Assembly (NCBI GenBank): GCA_040285825.1
Contig: JAUPSS010000004.1
Location: 3,142,550 to 3,206,549 of the forward strand
Source: Eukaryota sp. TZLM1-RC
Lineage: Eukaryota; Protista; Metamonada: BaSk clade
Length of the DNA: 64,000 bases
Direction of reading: 5' to 3'
Part shown: positions 1 through 10,518 of the stretch, one piece after another
How the letters are laid out: the number at the start of each line of letters is the position of its first letter
How positions within the stretch are numbered: position 1 is the first letter of the stretch
Notes under the pieces: generated by a model
The model's input: the letters and a program-made list of their open reading frames with translations, nothing else
Databases searched by the model: none
Told to the model about the DNA's origin: nothing
Position numbers and translations under genes: made by a program

Positions 1-59
1 TTTTGACATACAATAGAGTTGATCTCTTACCGCATCATGAACTTTTGATCGGAAAGTAA

Positions 60-418
60 TAAAATGTTTACAATTGAATAAATGATTTGGAGAAATTTTT
101 GATATACATTTATAATTCAAATTATGAGGCACGTTGTCAGGCAAAATGAAACAACGAAGGCGCATTGTACAAGAAAATTCGGTATCATTTAAAAGAAGAC
201 CATAAATTTGAGGAATCTGAGTAATTAAACACGAAGAGGAACTGTTTTGGGCATCTAACAAGAAATTTGCGAAAGCGGGATTATCTTTTTTGGCCGAGCC
301 AAGACGAACATTAAAATCCAAGCCTTCAAAAAATATGGTTAACTTTTGTTGCAATTTTTTAACACAATACCTCAAATTAACTAGTGCTCCAGATGGTATT
401 TCTTGCACATTGTCGGGA
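60..418 (+). mobile_element. Degenerate fragment of an RLE-type non-LTR retrotransposon (R2/NeSL/HERO-like C-terminus); repeated at 26715-27180 (-)
   Basis: Closely similar in reverse complement to 26715-27180. Broken translation HCTRKF..KRRxxL..AGLSFLAEPRRTLKSKP resembles the zinc-knuckle/RHN/EP region preceding an RLE. Confidence 0.45.
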
Positions 419-1074
419 AAACATTTACTCCAAATTTTTGAGGGCAAACAATCAAGAGCATTTTGTAGGTCTCTAAGAAAGTTATTGCTTGTAAAATTCA
501 ATAAATTAATATCATTGGGAAAACGGTTGCAAACTTCAAAAACAAAATTTTTCCCTCCACCAAGAAAAGCAGCCTGACAGAGAATAGACGATTAAGTGAA
601 ATTAATTCCACCAAAATTAGATGATGAAAATACATGACTTCGAATTAGTTCAGGATTGACATCAATCAAAGCTGCAAAAAATTTTGTTCTCAAATAGTTA
701 AATGAGCGGCAAAACTCACGTGAAATATCAGGAGATGTTGTTCTTAAAATGTGATTAATTTTACCGGAGTAGCAACTTTTTGAGATAAAAAACTTAATAT
801 GTTTCTCAATTTCAAATGACGAAATTGTATCAAGTTCAGAACCCAATTTCATTAAAAGATTATTCAATTCTTCAGTAATTTTTGGAACATTTCCAAGCCA
901 GCATCCTAGGAAACGAAAAGCATCTGATCAATAGTTAAGAAAAGGAATTTCAACTCCATCAATGGTTAATCTATCTTTTACTTTTCCTATAAAGAGACAT
1001 TTATCGGCATTAAGCAAAAGACCAATAGCTCTGTAATACAGTGAGGCTTCAGAAGCAATTTCATTTAAAACATT
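419..1074 (-). mobile_element. CRE-like non-LTR retrotransposon (family B), RT C-terminal fragment
   Basis: Translation includes IGLLLNADKC, FRFLGCWLG, KINHILRTTSP, SSNFGGINFT, AAFLGGGKNFVFE; homologous to the CRE-like ORF at 17668-19146. Confidence 0.75.
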
Positions 1075-1075
1075 C

Positions 1076-1248
1076 TTGGGCCATTACTTTTTTGTTTAGC
1101 AATTCACCAGTCTTTGATTCATTTCAGTAATCGTTATCCGATGTTGAAAATAGTAGGATACATGGATGAAATCTCAATTATTGGTCCATTAAATGTTTTA
1201 AATGAAATTGCTTCTGAAGCCTCACTGTGTTACAGAGATATTGGTCTT
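1076..1248 (+). mobile_element. CRE-like family B RT-core fragment, inverted relative to 419-1074
   Basis: GPLLFCLAIH..LKIVGYMDEISIIGP (YMDD-derived). 1192-1248 is an inverted copy of 1019-1074. Confidence 0.7.
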
Positions 1249-1714
1249 GAACATTCTGAGGAAAACAATGAATCCAGATATCACTGGGCACATTATCAAA
1301 TTGCTATTGAAGTTGATAACAAGAAAAGCAGTGATATTTTTTGGTCCAACAATTATGAAAAAATAGGAAAGTTCTTAGTGCAAAACCCAATTTTCAACAC
1401 TGTTATCTTTAGAGCAATACTATTTATTTCCTGTTTTTTTAACTGGAAATATTACTATCAATATTCAGTGTCCTCGTTGTGATCTGTTCCAATATTGAAA
1501 AGTTTTTCAGTAAAATTTTTACATCAAAAATTTATACATGTTCAACCTTATAAAGCTGTTCTAATTTTCGAACAAAAAGTAAATTGTTGCAATTCACAAT
1601 TAACGATTCTAAATAATCTCTACAAACAAAAATAATGATAAACCCAGCGGGCAAAGGCGTTACATTAATGAACAAAACCTAAAAAATAAAACAAATGAAA
1701 TGATTCTCGTTTTT

Positions 1715-1945
1715 TGCCCACATTGGAAAGTCTGCCTTGAATTTTCTCAATGATTTTGATAATTTATGTCGTTCAAGTGGTAAGAATTTTGCAGGGAATT
1801 TATGGAAGAATCGTATCATTTTCGCCTTGTACAGAAGTATTTCCAAGTACTTAAGATTAATGATGTCCAAACTTTATAAGGATTCATGAAGAGTTGGCGT
1901 GGAGAATTTTGTTTCTTATGTGTTTTAATTTGTTTTTTTTGTTTC
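1715..1945 (+). mobile_element. CRE-like family B 3' end
   Basis: Near-identical to 45155-45380 (GKNFAGNLWKNRIIFALYRS..., followed by a T-rich tail). Confidence 0.7.
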
Positions 1946-2001
1946 TTCGGAGAAAATAAAATCTTTAATAAAAAAAATAAAACATTGTTTATATCAATAA
2001 A

Positions 2002-2988
2002 TTAAGGAGAGTCTCCTAAATCAATCACAGAAAAGGAAGAGGTTTTTGGAAGAGGTGCACCAATCAAAGCTTCATAGTCCTCTTTCATCTTTTGTTCGGC
2101 CTTGAAAATCTTTTCTCTTTGCTTATTCTGTGTAATTTCTTCTTCTCTTCTCTTCTTCTCTTTGTAAACTGCACTATTTTCATCAAACTCTGGGTTCCTA
2201 CATTGACTCAACCTGTGCATTAGATTATCTACTAAATCATTGGTTAAACTACTCAAAACTGCGTTTAAATCCCGTAATTCTTGATCTATTGAGTCCAAAA
2301 TTCCGTTTGTGATGGAACTACTGCCATGATAGTAAGAATGAATCAGTTTATCCACCGTATCCTTTCCTAGAGTAATTCTTATGGCAGCCAATGCAATTTG
2401 AGATGGAGAGTTTGTTAAAGGAATTGAGTCTAGGCACAACGAAGTAATCACTTTCTCAATTGCTTCAGTATGAGATTGAATTTCAGAAATTAAATTTAAT
2501 TTTTTTAATTGATGTAAAAACCCTAATATTGGTTTTAAAGGTAAGTGTAAATAAAGATTGAATTTCAAAAGTGACATAACGAGAAATTCTTTGGATAATA
2601 TTAAATTCTTATTAAGATTAAAATTAACCGCACAATCTTCTACAGAAATCTTCACTTCCTCTACCTTCATGGAGAGAAAAATGATGGCAGGTACGATTTC
2701 GTGGGGAGGATACTCCATCACAGAGCATTGTGAATATATGCGATTATAGAAGTAAAGAGCAGTGATCATAACGTTCTTCATGGTTGGTCCACCTTTGGAT
2801 ACTGAGTGAACGATATAGTTGGCGAAATGAAGACGAATGATCTTTTCTTCAGAGAGGGAGAGTTTGGGTACTGGAATGCCATTAGAAGTAAGGGAAGGAA
2901 CTCTGTCTGATGATTGTTGTCGAAGGTTTTCAAGGTATTCAGAAGTGAACATCCAATTAAGATGCTGGGTTGACTCCTGGAAGGTCAT
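2002..2988 (-). CDS. CCNH: Cyclin H (Ccl1/Mcs2-like), TFIIH CAK subunit
   Basis: N-terminal MTFQESTQHLNWMFT, cyclin box TALYFYNRIY..SVMEYPP..AIIFLSMKVEE, EFLVMSLLKFNL.LH.P, SPSQIALAA, C-terminal CRNPE. Confidence 0.85.
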   Translation of the reverse strand: MTFQESTQHLNWMFTSEYLENLRQQSSDRVPSLTSNGIPVPKLSLSEEKIIRLHFANYIVHSVSKGGPTMKNVMITALYFYNRIYSQCSVMEYPPHEIVPAIIFLSMKVEEVKISVEDCAVNFNLNKNLILSKEFLVMSLLKFNLYLHLPLKPILGFLHQLKKLNLISEIQSHTEAIEKVITSLCLDSIPLTNSPSQIALAAIRITLGKDTVDKLIHSYYHGSSSITNGILDSIDQELRDLNAVLSSLTNDLVDNLMHRLSQCRNPEFDENSAVYKEKKRREEEITQNKQREKIFKAEQKMKEDYEALIGAPLPKTSSFSVIDLGDSP

Positions 2989-3502
2989 AGTCTGAGGGTA
3001 CTGAAATACAGAAAGGATCCCAATAAAGGTTCGAACACCGCAAAATTAACTAATCCTTTGACCAAATTCTACAAATCAACTTTTAAAAAAATTAATCTCT
3101 TCTGAAGTTCCTCGCAGTTGATGAAATGAACACTATCAGGAAGAGCAAGAAGAAAGAGTGATTCAATTGTCAAATCTTTAGGTTCAACATCAGTGAAGAC
3201 CATATTTCAATAAGTCTTTGACGAGATGCTGGTGATGGGCAATTTCATAAGAAAGTTGTATAGTTTTAACTTGTACTGTTGCACTGAACACAAAAATAGT
3301 TGACCAAAAAAATCTGCTCTGAATGGTCAAGTTTTGAAAATCTAAAATATGGTTTTTTGTAATAATTAGGAACAAGTCTAGTGAAATGTTCTTTCTACCC
3401 AACAGTTAATCTGCAACATCGGGAAGTGTGCAAAAGGAAGTTTTCGTTGCAAGTGATGTAAATAAAAAATTCCTTCAGTCAAATTCCTAACTGATCGTAC
3501 TA

Positions 3503-4948
3503 TTGATGAAGACCCCGAATGTTGCTCGCAAGCGACGAGGAGGTGGAAAATCCCCCTTCAAGAAACACAAACAATCTCATAAACAGCACATGACTCCCTT
3601 CCGTAGTCCAAAGCCTCGACCATGGTCGAAAACATCGCCACTTCCACCTCCACATCCATCTCCTTCACCAATACCTTCACAGCCTCCAGAAACGCCAAGT
3701 CTAACCATCGGTGACATATTGAGTGATGTCATTTTACAAGAGCTTATAAAAAGGCTTCCAAAGGGTCTAGCTGATGATTTTAACCAACGTTTGTTTAGAA
3801 TCAGGATAATGAACTTTATTCTAAACTTGCAAAATCTTCAATTCATCACTGAAATTGATACACTTTCTCCTATGGAAATTGAACAGTTGGAGAATGATAC
3901 AAAGAAGGAAGTCATTTTTTATTTTGAAATCTTTTACTTTGTGAATGAGCACTTTCCTTATACTGATTTAGTTCCAATATCACAAATTACTACCAAATTT
4001 TGGGAAAAATACAGACTGTATGCGGATTTTAACGATCGAATCAACCCAGACTCTGGAATTCTAAAGTCAACTCTTGCTGATTTTATTAAAAATGACGCTT
4101 CAGTGAGTCTTGAAGTTACAATTTTAACTCAAGAAGTAAAACAAAATGAAGCAGTTTTGGAATTTTTTCAGGAATTTGTACGTAAGAAGATTGAGGTTTC
4201 GTTCAATTTTCTGGCAACACAATTCACTGAGGTAAAATTTCGAAAATTTAGTGACATGCAGAATTGGTGGGACGAAAATTTTAAATATTTGGTCTCCACC
4301 CTCACCTCACATTTTTGGACTCTTTTTCATGGTCTCATCAAGATAAATAACCAGGAAATGGTGTTTTTAAATGATTTAATTGAAGAAAAAATATCAAGTT
4401 CATGTTCTGATTACATTGTAGAATTCAGAAGAGATAATTTAGTTGAGAAATTGGAAGAAAGTGATGCTTGGAAGGAGTTTTTAGAAGCAAAAGCTGCAGA
4501 ATTATCATTTGAGAAGGATCTATTTATTAAGAAGGAAAATGCAAATATTTTAAGCCCACCTGAAGCTCAAAAAGAAGTAAAGTTCTTTATTGAAGAATTT
4601 CTACGAAGATTTCAACATTTTTCAAACCAATTGACTGATGGAACACTCAAACAAGTTGGCTTTGTTATCAAAGATGTGTATTCAGAATTAAAATTTAATG
4701 ATTTTGAAACTCTTAATTGTTTATTAAAAGAAGTATCAGAGAATGTTTTTGGAGATTTTGCTAGTGATGATTATCCGAGACGAATCGTTGTCAATAGGCT
4801 GAGTTCAATAGTGGAAAGAGTATGTTCAAATTTTGGAGTTTCTTTATATCCAAATTTTGAAGGTTTTAAAGATTATTTTGCAGATGCTAACCGATTTTCT
4901 TTGCCAGATGCCCATGCTCTTGAAAATTTACAATTACAACATCTGTAG
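3503..4948 (+). CDS. Hypothetical protein with basic/Pro-rich N-terminus (NLS-like) and helical body; ATG at 3506
   Basis: 481-codon uninterrupted ORF; RKRRGGGKSPFKKHK; no recognised domain. Confidence 0.65.
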   Translation: MMKTPNVARKRRGGGKSPFKKHKQSHKQHMTPFRSPKPRPWSKTSPLPPPHPSPSPIPSQPPETPSLTIGDILSDVILQELIKRLPKGLADDFNQRLFRIRIMNFILNLQNLQFITEIDTLSPMEIEQLENDTKKEVIFYFEIFYFVNEHFPYTDLVPISQITTKFWEKYRLYADFNDRINPDSGILKSTLADFIKNDASVSLEVTILTQEVKQNEAVLEFFQEFVRKKIEVSFNFLATQFTEVKFRKFSDMQNWWDENFKYLVSTLTSHFWTLFHGLIKINNQEMVFLNDLIEEKISSSCSDYIVEFRRDNLVEKLEESDAWKEFLEAKAAELSFEKDLFIKKENANILSPPEAQKEVKFFIEEFLRRFQHFSNQLTDGTLKQVGFVIKDVYSELKFNDFETLNCLLKEVSENVFGDFASDDYPRRIVVNRLSSIVERVCSNFGVSLYPNFEGFKDYFADANRFSLPDAHALENLQLQHL

Positions 4949-5831
4949 AAAGTTTTTTTTATTTTTTTATTTTTATTTATTTTAAAACAGGTAGAATTGA
5001 TAAGAATGATTTTGTATCTAGTCAATTTTGTGTCTTGTTTTAGTCGACCCCAATAATAAATATTTCTTTAAAAAAATAAAAATAAATATAAGTTATCTTT
5101 CTATTTCTTTGAAAATAGCTGAACTTTTTTTGTAAGAAATAATTTTACATGTGGCTGGTTTTAATCGATCATAAATTAAGAGGGGTTGCATTACTGAATT
5201 TTTCATTAATTTAATTTAATTATTTTAATCAATATTGACAAGACCATAAATATATTTTGTTTTTCGAATTATGCTCCAATTCTCTCTGAAGATAGCAATC
5301 AATTTTCAAAACTTGATGACAAACACTGCTCACCAAATAATTCGAAGCTATTTTGTCTTTGAACTACAATCTCAGAGCGTCTTTTACTTCTTAACTACGT
5401 CGTATAGCTTTATACTAAAATAATTCAAAATCTATCATAAAAAATATCGCCGCTTCCAAAATTGATGCAGAAAAGCGTAATTCATGCTTTCCACATCTTT
5501 AATTGTTCATTTAGCTGAAAGCAATCATTTGAATGTAAAAAGCACGCTTCAAACCTTACAAAAACTAATGACTTTCTTCTCATCAATAGTTAACATTATA
5601 AATTTCTGTGAAATGAACAAAATCATGATAACAATATCATCTAATGATATTTTAAAATAACAATTATTATTTTTTATTAAATTATATTACTTAATTATGT
5701 TTTACTTTGTTTTACATTTACATTATGTTTTACATTGGGTTTTGTAAACTGATTTTTATATTACTTAATCATGTTTTATTTTCTACAAAGAATCAAAACA
5801 AATTAAGTTTTAAAAAAAGTACTTAATTATG

Positions 5832-5963
5832 TTTTTCAATCGAATTAGAGAAGCTTTAGCTAGACAGCAAGCAAATCAAGATTTTGTAGAGGAAATCTTG
5901 GTTTAATGATAGTCGTCCCATTAGTTATGATTTAATTTAATCAAGTGTGCAAATTCAATAAAT
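5832..5963 (+). mobile_element. CRE-like family A, extreme 3' end only
   Basis: Matches NRIREALARQQANQDFVEEILV* plus the conserved 3' UTR gatagtcgtcccattagttatg...caataaa of other copies. Confidence 0.85.
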
Positions 5964-6662
5964 ACGATATTATGTTTTTTTATTTTTTTTATTTTTTTTA
6001 TTTTTTTATTTTATAAATTTAATATATAGTATTCAGGATATAATATTGACTAACAAATAAAAATAAAATAAAAGAAAAACAAAGGTCTGTCGTTGCAAGT
6101 CCTATATGAAATCCGATATCTAAGTACTTGTTCAATTAAGATAAGACATATTAAAAGCAATATTGTGGATGAATTGAATGATTTTATCAATAAAAACACG
6201 TCATTTAAGTTGATTTCCTGGACCAACCGAATTCTCTGGAGGTTCTACAAAGGCCTTGGTGAAATGGTTGCGACTGTGGAACTTGCTCCTGCTCAAAGAG
6301 TGTTTCACAATGTACGTTGAGATTCCGCTTTTTTGGAGGAAGCAATAAATTGATGTTAAAATGAGGTAATTTCTCTCCTTAATCAATAGTTTTTTAGACA
6401 TGGTATCTGGAAATGGGGAGACTTCTGGAGGGATTGCCCCTTTGGTGAATTTGACAAGTAGAATCTTCTTATGTGGTTTTGTGATAATTGTACTGGTGTC
6501 GATGATATCATACGTAGACTTCTTTTTTATCTTTATTACCAGGTTTGTACACCAGCTTAAGGATTAACAAACTTGTTTGAATTCTTAAATCCCGGTTTCA
6601 CACAAATGATATCAAAACTGTTCTGTCTTCCTTTCGATTAGCACCACATCAACATCTTTCTC

Positions 6663-9600
6663 ATGGATGTCTTTGATGATTCTGTTGATTCTTTCTCTGA
6701 TGATGCTTCTTTGACACCCCAGACCTCCTTTCCTTTTGAACCCCATTCTCTAAGCCACCAGCTGTACGATCTCGCTTTTAGCCCCAACACTACCCCACAA
6801 GATTTTGCTACAATCTACCAGTTACTCTGCAATGAACCTACCTTATCGGATCTTGACGTGATATACTTCCAGAACCACGCCTCTCTATTGCTCCACTCTT
6901 TCCATGAATCACCTTCGTTGGTTTTATTATCCAGTGTTGTTGGCCTGTGCTTACCTTTCCTGATTCGAAATAATTCAAAGTCAACGCTGTTCTGGTCTAA
7001 TTTTGGCCTGATGGCGAAAACCCTCAACATTGAGGAAACTTCTATATATAGTGTTGTTATTGAGTTTATTCGGCTTTTTCCAAGTAATAGTAATGGTCTA
7101 ATAGATTTATTATCAAAAATAAGCCGAACGTCCTTAAATAATTTAGATATTTCCTTTCTTGAAAATATTTTCCAAATTTTTGTGTTTCTGTTTTTCCAAA
7201 TTTTTCCAGATATTGAAAATGCCAAACTCTATGAAAAATTAATTCATCATAAACAATCCAAATTTTCAAATATTGCTTTACTTGAATTTAAAAATTACTA
7301 TATTAACTTTGCACATGAGTTGATTTCCGGGAAAGTTGAATTGAACAATATCAGTTTTTCTTTATTTTCTGTAAAAATTTCGCATCTTTTGTTTCCAAAA
7401 ATCCAAAATTTGTGTTGTGATTCTGAATTTTTGAGTGTTTGTTCGCTTTATCTTTTCTGGGTTAGCTTATTAATTGATCCTGAAAAAAGAAATATCGAAT
7501 TAAGAAAACCCCTTAAAATTAATGACCCAATTCTCTCAAAAATCAAACAATCAATTTCTCAATCATTTCATTTTGATAGGATCTTCAAAATGATTTGGAA
7601 ACAAGAATTTCAATTATTAGATGATTTAGGAAGTAATTCACCAAATATTGAACCATTATTTCATTTTTGTATATGGTTTTTATTTTCACATATCATTGGG
7701 AATAAATTGCAAGATTTGCAATCGGATTTTCAGAATTTTTTACCCTCTCCATTTGCTGAATTAAATTTAGTCATTTTTAATTTCATATCTGCACTTTTTA
7801 AAACAAATCCTTTTAGTTTAGTTATTAATTCGTTGTTTCAAACCATTAATAGAGTAAAACCTGATGTCAAATTTAAAACAATTATCATCATTTCTATTTT
7901 TAAATTTATCTCTGCCAGTCAAGACGCAGTCAACAACTTTCAAATGACTTCAATTGACCCTGATTACCTTGATTTAAGTGATGATCCCTATTATTTTGCT
8001 TACCATAAACAATTTTTGTGGAATTCTCCTGGCTTTTTGGTTAAAATTTTGAGTTTCTGCCGTGGAATTTTTTTATCTTTACAAAGTCAATCTAGCGGAA
8101 GTCAATCAGAAATATCACGAGATTTTGATCGCTTTATAGAGGTTTCCCACCTGACTTTACTCAATTTATTGACTTTTGATTCCACTTTTCGTTCGTTTTC
8201 CTTGGATTTGTTTTGTTTAATTCTTGAAGTCTTTGGTTTTATACCGTCTGCAGATTTTTTCCTTTCTTTTTTCATTGATAATGCTTTTTATTTAGATTAT
8301 TTATCTAAATTTATATCAAATTTCATCAATTTTAGTAAGCGAAATATATTTCGTTCTTCTATATTGAAAGAGAAATTGCAAACCATAAAGTTATTTAAAT
8401 CTAATTATAATCAAGAATCAATCAGCCAGGGTTATTTAACCCCCAGTCAAGAATATCAGTTAGCTAAAACGGAAAGCAGTCAAGAACCTAGTCAATCTAT
8501 CAGTCGTGATGACGTTGCTGTTTTTGAAACACCGCCTAAAACAGGTTTTAAAGGTCCAAAAACATTACATCAACAGGTCTCCTTTATTTCATTTGAGTTA
8601 ACTCAATTTGATTTTTTTGACTTGTTTCCTGGTCTTCAGAATTCTATTGACTTTTTGTGTGGTGCTGAATCAGAGTTTCCTTTGCCAGACAGTTTTTCAG
8701 ACATAATTCATTATAAATCTATTTATAGAAAGTTTATTTCTAATTGTTTGTGCAATCAAATCATCGAACTGATTAGTAGAAGAGGTTTGTTTCATGGGTG
8801 GTTTTTTAATTTAGAATCAATTCAATCAATCAATCAACCAAAGTCGAGCCTCGCTAAGATCAATTTCGTGAAGTTTCCTGACAATTATGACCTTTGTTTT
8901 GACCAAACAAACCCATGTTCATTTTTAAACCCTTTTGATTTAGTTTTATTTTCTGAATATGAGAATATTCGGCTCTTTGTAAATGATTTACCATGTTCTA
9001 ATTGTTCTTTAGGAATAGTATCTGTCGTGAGTGAAAATTTGGCTGAAATTTTAGTGAGCTCATCACTAATGAAGAAGAGCTCAACTCTTTTTATGGTACG
9101 GTTGGGGTCAATTTACCAATATTTTGTGCAAATGAACAATCTCAGAGTTTTAGAACGAAATGTTTTTTTATCTCAAATCATTAACCCCAAAAAGTCATTG
9201 ACAATCCCAAATTTTGAGAAAATTTCCATTTCTTCTGAGTCTGCCCTACAAAGGGATCAACACCACGCCCTTGACAAAATTTTGCTCCTCGACGGTGGAT
9301 TTCTTCTCATTGATGGGGTCAAAAATAGTGGAAAAACCACGACTTTGATTGAAACTGTCAGGACATTGGTAAATTACAATAAAAAAGTGTTGATCTGTTG
9401 CCAAGATTCTCAGTTTGTTTTTCAATTCTTTTCTAATTTCTTTATTCATCCAGTTTGCATTTGTGAAGATTATGTACCTGAGGAGTCTTCAATGTTGGCG
9501 AATTTCTATATTGTTGTTTCCACTTTGACAATGACGAGTTCTGATTATTTTAAACCTCTCAGCAATCATTTTGATTACATTTTGATTGATGATTGCGATT

Positions 9601-10361
9601 GTTTTGATGAAGTTTCAGTTATTCTACCCTTCAAATTAGCTAAACCTGATGGTTGCGTTGTCCTGTTTGGAGATTCCCATCTCGCTAAAAATGGGTCAAT
9701 TATATCTCGTATTGGGTCAAATTTAAAAGACTCTGGAAGATGTGTTAAGCTTTCTGGCAATTTTTTTAATGTTTCTCAATTGATTAATTTAATGAAGCAC
9801 GTTTTTTACAAACATCAGCCCATTCCTGTCTTATTTCAACAACCAGAATTAAAAAAGGTCATTATTTCGAAATTCAAACCGTTCATGTTCTTCTCTGTTC
9901 TTTCGATTGGACATAAGATTAATAAATGTTTTAAAAACGAACAAGAAGCTTGTGAATTGGTCACTGTTTTGAATCATTTTAGTTTTCTATTAGAGCAGAG
10001 AATGAACGAATCAAATATTAAGGAAGTTTTTAACATTAGCATTCTTTCACCTTTTCAAAGTCAATTGGATTTGATTATGTCTAAACTAGCGAAATATTCT
10101 TTTGAATCTATTTCATTGGAACCTTTGCTATTTTCTGATATTAGAGAACAGAAGTTTCATTTTGCTTTTGTCTCGTTGGCAAAAGGCGATATCTATATCA
10201 ACTCGTGTGAATTTATCAAAATCTTGGGAATTGCAAAACTTAATTTATTTATATTTGGAAATACAAGCCAAGTGGAAATGATACCTGACACGTTTTTACA
10301 CGTCATCAAGACCTATGCAAGTGATAACTCGGTTTGTTTACCAACAACAAAATATGTGTAA
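6663..10361 (+). CDS. Sen1/Upf1-like (SF1B) helicase-domain protein, catalytic motifs degenerate
   Basis: C-terminal motifs in SF1B order: LLIDGVKNSGKTTT, KKVLIC, IVVSTL, FDYILIDDCD, VLFGD, NEQEA, ISILSPFQSQ, AKLNLFIFGN. Long helical N-terminus as in Sen1. Confidence 0.7.
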   Translation: MDVFDDSVDSFSDDASLTPQTSFPFEPHSLSHQLYDLAFSPNTTPQDFATIYQLLCNEPTLSDLDVIYFQNHASLLLHSFHESPSLVLLSSVVGLCLPFLIRNNSKSTLFWSNFGLMAKTLNIEETSIYSVVIEFIRLFPSNSNGLIDLLSKISRTSLNNLDISFLENIFQIFVFLFFQIFPDIENAKLYEKLIHHKQSKFSNIALLEFKNYYINFAHELISGKVELNNISFSLFSVKISHLLFPKIQNLCCDSEFLSVCSLYLFWVSLLIDPEKRNIELRKPLKINDPILSKIKQSISQSFHFDRIFKMIWKQEFQLLDDLGSNSPNIEPLFHFCIWFLFSHIIGNKLQDLQSDFQNFLPSPFAELNLVIFNFISALFKTNPFSLVINSLFQTINRVKPDVKFKTIIIISIFKFISASQDAVNNFQMTSIDPDYLDLSDDPYYFAYHKQFLWNSPGFLVKILSFCRGIFLSLQSQSSGSQSEISRDFDRFIEVSHLTLLNLLTFDSTFRSFSLDLFCLILEVFGFIPSADFFLSFFIDNAFYLDYLSKFISNFINFSKRNIFRSSILKEKLQTIKLFKSNYNQESISQGYLTPSQEYQLAKTESSQEPSQSISRDDVAVFETPPKTGFKGPKTLHQQVSFISFELTQFDFFDLFPGLQNSIDFLCGAESEFPLPDSFSDIIHYKSIYRKFISNCLCNQIIELISRRGLFHGWFFNLESIQSINQPKSSLAKINFVKFPDNYDLCFDQTNPCSFLNPFDLVLFSEYENIRLFVNDLPCSNCSLGIVSVVSENLAEILVSSSLMKKSSTLFMVRLGSIYQYFVQMNNLRVLERNVFLSQIINPKKSLTIPNFEKISISSESALQRDQHHALDKILLLDGGFLLIDGVKNSGKTTTLIETVRTLVNYNKKVLICCQDSQFVFQFFSNFFIHPVCICEDYVPEESSMLANFYIVVSTLTMTSSDYFKPLSNHFDYILIDDCDCFDEVSVILPFKLAKPDGCVVLFGDSHLAKNGSIISRIGSNLKDSGRCVKLSGNFFNVSQLINLMKHVFYKHQPIPVLFQQPELKKVIISKFKPFMFFSVLSIGHKINKCFKNEQEACELVTVLNHFSFLLEQRMNESNIKEVFNISILSPFQSQLDLIMSKLAKYSFESISLEPLLFSDIREQKFHFAFVSLAKGDIYINSCEFIKILGIAKLNLFIFGNTSQVEMIPDTFLHVIKTYASDNSVCLPTTKYV

Positions 10362-10518
10362 AAAAAGAAAAAAAAGTATAGTACAAGATATAAAAAGTAC
10401 GTTCTTTTAAGATATTAAAAAAATCAAAAAGAATGAAAAGAATGAACATTAAACATTCTATCTCTAACCCTTAAAAAAACTGTTTCTATTTTGATTGATT
10501 GATAAATTGGCTGATTGA

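Noticed and set aside
5680-5830. Repeated TATATTACTTAATTATGTTTT units
   Set aside because: Low-complexity AT-rich duplication with no further structure.
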